Assembly: GCF_913777615.1 (NCBI RefSeq)
Contig: NZ_CAJYTK010000018.1
Reading direction: 5' to 3' (one strand)
Length of the DNA: 64,000 bases
DNA from: an uncultured Agrobacterium sp.
GTDB taxonomy: Bacteria; Pseudomonadota; Alphaproteobacteria; Rhizobiales; Rhizobiaceae
Shown: piece by piece, positions 59,301 through 64,000 of the stretch
Layout: every line of letters starts with the position of its first letter
Numbering within the stretch: the stretch's first letter is position 1
The notes under the pieces: model-generated
Told to the model about the DNA's origin: nothing
Database searches by the model: none
Seen by the model: the letters and a program-made list of their open reading frames with translations, nothing else
Translations under genes and position numbers: made by a program

Positions 59301-61757
59301 GTTGGCGTCGGACTTCACCGGCAATGTCAGCGAACGCTCCACCGCACGGCCACCCGCCTCGCGCATGCGGACCGTGATGTTGGCCGACAGGAACTGCGTA
59401 GTTGAGGGAAGATCACCAAGCTCCACCGGGAAGCTTGCCTTGCCGTTTTCATCCAGGGCAGGAAGTTTATCAAGCGTCGTGCGGCTTTCCTCTTCCGTCT
59501 CCTCATCCGCCAGGCCGAAGAAGTAGCCTTCGAAGGCCGGGTTGGTGCGCGTCGGCTTCAGCGCCACTTCGCCTTCCAGCTCAAGTCCTGCCGCCGGTGC
59601 GCCATAGAGATAGCGGCCATCGACGTCGATCTCGGTCTCACCCGCCGGATCGATCTCCTTCGATGCGCTGGTCAACTCGAATTCGGTGCGATCAGGAACG
59701 AAATCATCGACCAGAAAGGATTTTTCGCTGATCGCGCTGGCCTTTGGATCAGTGTAAATCCGCATCGTCCAGGTCCCACGCATGGCAGATTCCTGAAGTG
59801 GCAGATCTACCGCGTGACCGCCGAGCGCCTTGCCATCACTGACGAAGCGCCGATCCTCGACGCCGTCAGGGCGCGAGAAGATAAATGTCAATGGCAGGTT
59901 TTCGATCGCATTGCCTTCGACATCGCGCGAAAGTGCGGATGCATGCACCGTTTCACCAGCGCGGTAAATACCGCGCTCCGTCCAGCTGAACACATCGATG
60001 GCACCGGGTGCGGCGCGACCGGTCACGCCCCGGTCGGAAAGATCGAAGCCAGCGCGTGTCATGTCGAGGAAGACATAGTCCTTTTCGCCATTGCGCGCTG
60101 TTATGATGGCAGGCGCCTGTCCTGCAGAGCCTCGCATCAAGCCTGCGGAAAATGTTGCACGGCCTTCGCCATCCGTGGTGGCGGAACCGAGCACTTCGTT
60201 GTTCTTGGCCAGAAGCTGAAGCGAGACGCCTTTCAATGGTTCGGCCGTACTCAGAGCCCGCACAAAAACATTGAGACCATCGGTTCCGGCATAGGTGGTG
60301 ATGCCAGTATCGGAAATCAGAAACCACTGAGTGGCGCGCGCGTCCCAGTTTTCCGGAGCCGTGCCCGGCGGAACAGCAGTCATGACATAAATACCGGGCT
60401 TGCGATCCGGCAGAGCCTCGTCCACCGGGAAACTTGTGACCACGTCCTTGTTCAGTTCGGTCTGGATATCGATCCCGCCCTGCCAGACGAGTTCCCCCAA
60501 CTCGTTCTCGATTTTTTCGGCGCCATAGCCATCCATCTGGGTAAGGAACTGTGAATTGGCCAGAAGCGAGGTGATGTTGCGATCGCCTACACGATAAAGC
60601 TTCAAATCCGCATGATCGATATTGACCGAGACGAGCGGAATGCCGCGACGCGCCGTGCCGGGAAGCACGAAGTTATCGCCAGTGAAGCGCACCGAGCCGG
60701 CGCGGTCGCGCACGTAAATGTCGAGATCAACCTGCTTCTCCAGCGGCTCTTCCACGGAGGACGGCAGGCCGGCGCGAAGGGCTATCTTGTATTTCTGCCC
60801 GTGGGTCAGACCTTCGACGCAAATCTCGCTGCCCTTGGCTTCGAGCGCTTTTGGCGCAGCGCCATCGAATGTTACGAATGGCGAATAATCGGCATTCTTG
60901 ACCAGGGGCTCTGAGAACTGAATGCAGGCACGCGGCGTCACGCTATCGTTGTCAACCGTGTTGTTGACGACGCGGAAGCCCTGGCGGGTGCGAAGATCGT
61001 TATAGGCCGCGCGTGTCTTGGCGACATCCGAAAGCGCAAGGCTTGCCTTGTAAGAATTCAGCGCCGCGCGATAGTTCTGACCCTTCTCGAAAGCCTGAGC
61101 CAGCCGGTTCAGCGCCGTCAACCGAGCGCTCTGCGTTCGGCTGAACTGGTAGGCGTTGAGCGCTGCCGCTGGCGCCTCGCCGAGAATTTCATAATTGTTT
61201 TCGACCTTCGCTTCGACGGAGGAAAGTTCAGCCCACAGATCACCATTTTCTGGGTTGAGTGAAAGCGCGGACTTATAGACTTCCACAGCCTGCGGGATGT
61301 CGAACACCGCTTGCTGGCGGGCCTGCGATAGCAGAGCATCAAGCCCTTGCGTGTCATCGGCCTGCGGCAGGTTGGCCTTCAGCTTTCGCGCCTGCTGGTA
61401 GAGACTGTCCTCGACGAAGGAGAGACGCTGCGGTGCGCCAAGGTCTGGCTCGCTGGCTGCTTCGACGATCTTGCCGGCAACAGCGCCTGGAAAGGCGTTA
61501 AGCTGGTTGTAATCCGACTTCAGAAAACACCACTTCACCTTGGGGTTATAGGTGAAGGCCTTGCAGCCCTTGTCATCGATGCAAATGGTCTTGCACTGGT
61601 CAAGCGAGACATTCTGCTCGGTGCGCAGATCGAAACCGAAATAGTCGCCATTTGCGGTCGTCACCACCTTGCGCGTCGCATCCTGTGCCAGGAGCGGAGA
61701 TGCGGTCAAAGCGGCAAGAACAAGAGCAAAGGCGTGCGTAACGACGCGAAAGGACAT
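56316..61757 (-). CDS. yfhM: Bacterial alpha-2-macroglobulin with N-terminal PAN/Apple domain
   Basis: 1813 aa; PAN CKTICIDDKGCKAFTYNPKVKWCFLKS; MG domains (ERGIYRAGE, DFVPDR); thioester YGCAEQ; YVVRAVTPG C-terminus; paired with pbpC. Confidence 0.95.
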   Translation of the reverse strand: MSFRVVTHAFALVLAALTASPLLAQDATRKVVTTANGDYFGFDLRTEQNVSLDQCKTICIDDKGCKAFTYNPKVKWCFLKSDYNQLNAFPGAVAGKIVEAASEPDLGAPQRLSFVEDSLYQQARKLKANLPQADDTQGLDALLSQARQQAVFDIPQAVEVYKSALSLNPENGDLWAELSSVEAKVENNYEILGEAPAAALNAYQFSRTQSARLTALNRLAQAFEKGQNYRAALNSYKASLALSDVAKTRAAYNDLRTRQGFRVVNNTVDNDSVTPRACIQFSEPLVKNADYSPFVTFDGAAPKALEAKGSEICVEGLTHGQKYKIALRAGLPSSVEEPLEKQVDLDIYVRDRAGSVRFTGDNFVLPGTARRGIPLVSVNIDHADLKLYRVGDRNITSLLANSQFLTQMDGYGAEKIENELGELVWQGGIDIQTELNKDVVTSFPVDEALPDRKPGIYVMTAVPPGTAPENWDARATQWFLISDTGITTYAGTDGLNVFVRALSTAEPLKGVSLQLLAKNNEVLGSATTDGEGRATFSAGLMRGSAGQAPAIITARNGEKDYVFLDMTRAGFDLSDRGVTGRAAPGAIDVFSWTERGIYRAGETVHASALSRDVEGNAIENLPLTFIFSRPDGVEDRRFVSDGKALGGHAVDLPLQESAMRGTWTMRIYTDPKASAISEKSFLVDDFVPDRTEFELTSASKEIDPAGETEIDVDGRYLYGAPAAGLELEGEVALKPTRTNPAFEGYFFGLADEETEEESRTTLDKLPALDENGKASFPVELGDLPSTTQFLSANITVRMREAGGRAVERSLTLPVKSDANMIGIKPQFSGDLAENSIGRFHVIGLAPDGSRQAMKDLTWKLIKVERNYQWYRQGNSWRYEPVVHTKQVETGTLSVTTDGAEISVPVNWGRYRLEVEAPQNDGAVSSVEFDAGWFVTASSTETPDALEIALDKQSYKVGETAKLQVTSRYAGQLMVVAGSEKLISVQNVEIGDKGGEVEIPVTEDWGAGSYVTATLFRPGDAQESRMPMRAIGVKWLAVDPGERKLGIALDLPKQTLPRQALQIPVHVSGAGAGDKAYVTIAAVDVGILNLTRYEPPKPDEWYFGQRRLGLEIRDLYGRLIDGSLGATGRLRTGGDGGQVALQGSPPKEKLVAFFAGPVELDSEGKATVSFDIPQFNGTARVMAVAWTKTGVGHAVSDVVIRDPVVVTSSAPKFLSPSDVSQLRLDIVNTDGEAGDYKIDVTSNMAVTVDQGEFSEVKRLEKGGKTSLTVPLTGEFPGEGEIAIRVSNASGISLEQALTIPVRPSVLPVTTRRNIKIAPNSSLTVDGNLLADSLLVGSSVSVNVTRSPAFDVPALMMMLDKYPYGCAEQTTSRALPLLYAAELMKDSGGKDDPELRKRVQDAIYRVLSFQSSAGSFGLWSPGEGDLWLDAYITDFLTRAREQSYDVPEAAMVQALNNLQNGLAYDSNVKDRGNEIAYSLYVLARNRKAAINDLRYYSDTALNEFPTPLAKAQVAAALSLYGDAARAKSAFGASLTMASSSANVPLARADYGSALRDGAASLALAAESRPVPAVVSQLAGVVAKDFESRSYTSTQEQAWMVLAARALKGEDKDIRLDVNGTLKRGGFSQRMSGDELLRAPLNVTNASANPVTAVVTTVAPPSKPLPAGGDGFTIEKTYYSMDGEEVNVSEVEQNQRYVVVLTAIPQNDWQARILVTDLLPAGFEIDNPSLVNSAALANFDWLPETQAAHTEFRYDRFVAAFDRSAGDGSEITLAYVVRAVTPGTYDNPAASVEDMYRPQFSARTATGRMEVRAAQQ

Positions 61758-61827
61758 CGGTCTCTCCCCGAAAACACAATGATCGGCGCGACTTTGGTCC
61801 TATTCAAGCTTCTTTGTCAACGGAGCC

Positions 61828-62367
61828 TTATGTCTGCGCCTGCCACTCCCGGCGCAAAAGTGCATATTGCATCGTATTCTCGTAAAGCGGGTGTCCAGCC
61901 TCGTTCTTGGTGAAGGAAATGAAGTCCAGGAACAGCCCTTCGCGGCGCATCCCGAGCCTCTCGCATAGCTTCTGAGAGGCAAAGTTATTATCTTCGACGT
62001 AGGCGTAGAGGCGACGTATCTGCCTCTCGACGAAAAGCCAGCGAAACAGTGCGCGAGCCGCTTCCTGCGCGTAGCCACAGCCGGCATAGTCGCCATTAAA
62101 ATTCCACCCAACGGACAGCGTATCACCCTCTTCATCGGCAATGGCAAAGAGATCGCCGATCACCCTGTCATGCTCGGTGGAATAGACTGCAATATAGTCA
62201 TCGGAGCCGCCACGCTTGATTGCTTCTGCCTCGGCCTCTTCGAGGTTTTGAAGCCGTTGCGAGAGAAAGCAGTTCGGCCGCGGATCGCGCAAATAGGCAA
62301 GCAGGTCCTGCGCGTCTTCCGCCTTGAAGTTTCTAAGAGCCAAACGTTTCGTTCTGATCTCGTCCAT
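61828..62367 (-). CDS. GNAT acetyltransferase (RimJ/RimL family)
   Basis: TKRLALRNF, GCGYAQEA, NNFASQKLCERLGMRREG. Confidence 0.88.
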   Translation of the reverse strand: MDEIRTKRLALRNFKAEDAQDLLAYLRDPRPNCFLSQRLQNLEEAEAEAIKRGGSDDYIAVYSTEHDRVIGDLFAIADEEGDTLSVGWNFNGDYAGCGYAQEAARALFRWLFVERQIRRLYAYVEDNNFASQKLCERLGMRREGLFLDFISFTKNEAGHPLYENTMQYALLRREWQAQT

Positions 62368-62629
62368 TTACGTCTCCTGAGAGTGGCACCTTCTGGTGCC
62401 AACAAATTGGCGAGCACGGCCATCCGTTGAAAAAACAACAACATTATGTCGAGCAGGCTTGGTCATTCGGCTACCCTTACGTCAACTCCTCCATTCGTTG
62501 CCGCCTTGCAACGGATCGAGGATTTCAGCTTGCAATCATCTGCTAATTGAATGCGACGTCGTGGACACAGGAGGAACTCACGCGCAGTGTCACGGCATTC
62601 GGCGGGGGCTGATTCAGAAAGGTTTTCAA

Positions 62630-63349
62630 ATGAGAAACGTCATCAAGCTTGCTGCACTCATGGCAGCGCTTGCTTCTACCACCGCTTATGCGGCTGACCT
62701 TGCCGTTCAGACCGAACCGGCAGTCGTTGCCGATCCAGGCGGCTTCTACATCGGTAGCCTGAACAGCCTGACATTTATGGACGACACAAACTTCTCGATC
62801 GTTGGCGCTGGCGTCAACACCGATTACGATGTCGGTTACTACAGCGCATTTCGCGCCGGTTACAGCTTCGGCTCTTACGACTTCGTTTCCCCACGCGTGG
62901 AACTTGAAGTCGGTTACGGCCGCTCGGATGTCGATACGCATACGGTAAACGGCGTGGGTGCTGCTGGCTCCTTCGGCTCCGCCCGCAACTTCCAGGGCTA
63001 CGTCAACGGCTACATCGACGTTCCGACCGGCACGGCCTTCACCCCTTACTTCGGTGGCGGTATTGGCGCGATGAACCTCAAGCTTCGTGATCAGGGTACA
63101 GCTGGTCCTGGCGTGATCATGAACGACAGCGACACGGCATTTGCATACCATCTGGATGCAGGCGTGGGCATTGAGTTGAACACCATCTCCTTCCTGCGTG
63201 ACAGCGCGCTGTTTGCCAACACCACCTTCGATATCGGCTATCGTTACACGGGTGCGGACAACTTCGACTTCACCGCTACAGACGGCACGGTTTCCAGCAC
63301 AGACTTCAAGAGCCACGCCATCACCGCCGGCTTCCGTCGTCAGTTCTGA
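62630..63349 (+). CDS. Outer-membrane beta-barrel protein (OmpA-like / opacity-porin family)
   Basis: Signal peptide ending AYA|ADL, GFYIG, PRVELEVGY, FTPYFGGGIG, DIGYRY, terminal Phe (FRRQF); start ATG 62630. Confidence 0.88.
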   Translation: MRNVIKLAALMAALASTTAYAADLAVQTEPAVVADPGGFYIGSLNSLTFMDDTNFSIVGAGVNTDYDVGYYSAFRAGYSFGSYDFVSPRVELEVGYGRSDVDTHTVNGVGAAGSFGSARNFQGYVNGYIDVPTGTAFTPYFGGGIGAMNLKLRDQGTAGPGVIMNDSDTAFAYHLDAGVGIELNTISFLRDSALFANTTFDIGYRYTGADNFDFTATDGTVSSTDFKSHAITAGFRRQF

Positions 63350-63372
63350 TCGAACAACGGTCGCTCCAAATG

Positions 63373-63405
63373 AAAAGGGATCGCGCCGTGCGCGGTCCCT
63401 TTTTT
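63373..63405 (+). terminator. Intrinsic (probably bidirectional) terminator
   Basis: AAAAGGGATCGCG-CCGTG-CGCGGTCCCTTTTTT. Confidence 0.82.
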
Positions 63406-63471
63406 GTTGAGGCGAGTGGTTTGAAAGTCGAATAGCGCTAGTGCGAGAGCGAACCCAAAGCGCCGCGCACT

Positions 63472-64000
63472 TTATCTCGATTTGCTGGAAAGTTTCCCAA
63501 AGGCTTTTAGAAGACCGTTCTCGGAGATCACCAGATAGTCTTCCATCTTCTCGCTTGCCTCTGCAAACCTGTCCTCTTCGCACAGAGTGACGATCTCCTC
63601 GTTCATGTCGACGAAGGGTGAGTGCAGCAGACGCGGATCCTCGATGAGAGCAAAGCCCAGACGAAGCTCGGCCGATACCCTTTCATAAAGCTCGCTCAAC
63701 CGCTCACTATCGGCAAGCGCTACAACGGCTGAGTGAAAGGCCATATTGGCGCTACCGACCTCGAGCCAAAGCTCCTGCTCGCGCTTCTGCTTGGCCTCCT
63801 CGACAGCCTGGCGCATGGCCTTGACCGATTCATGCAGGCGCCACGCCTTGCGGAGCGCCCCGCACTCGAGCATGCGCCGCACGCGGTAAATATCCATTAT
63901 CGAAGCCATGGTCGGCGTCTGCACGAAAACGCCGCGATTGGTCTCGTGCCGCAGAAGACCCTCTTTCGTCATGATGCGAAAGGCCTCACGCAGAGAATTG
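63472..64000 (-). CDS. GntR-family regulator with FCD domain (5' end outside window)
   Basis: The reading frame stays open to the window edge: NSLREAFRIMTKEGLLRHETNRGVFV is the GntR HTH tail, followed by FCD (ANMAFHSAVV). Confidence 0.88.
   Translation of the reverse strand, partial: NSLREAFRIMTKEGLLRHETNRGVFVQTPTMASIMDIYRVRRMLECGALRKAWRLHESVKAMRQAVEEAKQKREQELWLEVGSANMAFHSAVVALADSERLSELYERVSAELRLGFALIEDPRLLHSPFVDMNEEIVTLCEEDRFAEASEKMEDYLVISENGLLKAFGKLSSKSR

Overview
A 64-kb, high-GC chromosomal segment of a Rhizobiaceae bacterium (Agrobacterium/Rhizobium-like; inferred from gene content and order, no database search run). Left part (0-28 kb), accessory and metabolic genes: D-threonine-aldolase-like PLP enzyme, MerR + carboxymuconolactone-decarboxylase-like pair, polyol dehydrogenase, rutABCD, divergent treZ/treY, Fsr-type MFS, hydratase, ureidoglycine aminohydrolase, a SAM methyltransferase divergent from a 6TM-GGDEF-EAL protein, a TM-less FtsK paralogue, and a DHDPS-like/GntR/ABC/PfkB sugar cluster. 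Middle (28-46 kb), core block: hppA, MFS (RfnT-like), nusB-ribH-[lysE]-ribE-ribD-nrdR-glyA, L,D-transpeptidase-ldtR-DUF6163, hemB-RDD-bpt, an AbrB/Doc toxin-antitoxin module and parC. Right (46-64 kb): exported hypothetical, pdxY, carbonic anhydrase, lytic transglycosylase, asd, comM/yifB, cupin, pbpC + alpha-2-macroglobulin, GNAT, outer-membrane beta-barrel and a GntR gene cut by the window edge. I saw no rRNA, tRNA, CRISPR array, transposase, integrase or phage genes. The two best new observations: (1) a 38-aa leader peptide upstream of asd, too short for the ORF track, with its own promoter, strong RBS, an Ile/Thr/Lys control-codon cluster and mutually exclusive RNA pairings, i.e. a candidate attenuator reading the aspartate-family amino acids; (2) a PhcB-like methyltransferase paired head-to-head with a 6TM-receptor GGDEF-EAL protein, a candidate small-molecule signal synthase/c-di-GMP receptor system. 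The Doc toxin gene also appears frameshifted. Many start codons were moved from the supplied ORF track using RBS position and homology-like N-termini. Product names come from motif recognition and should be confirmed by HMM search.
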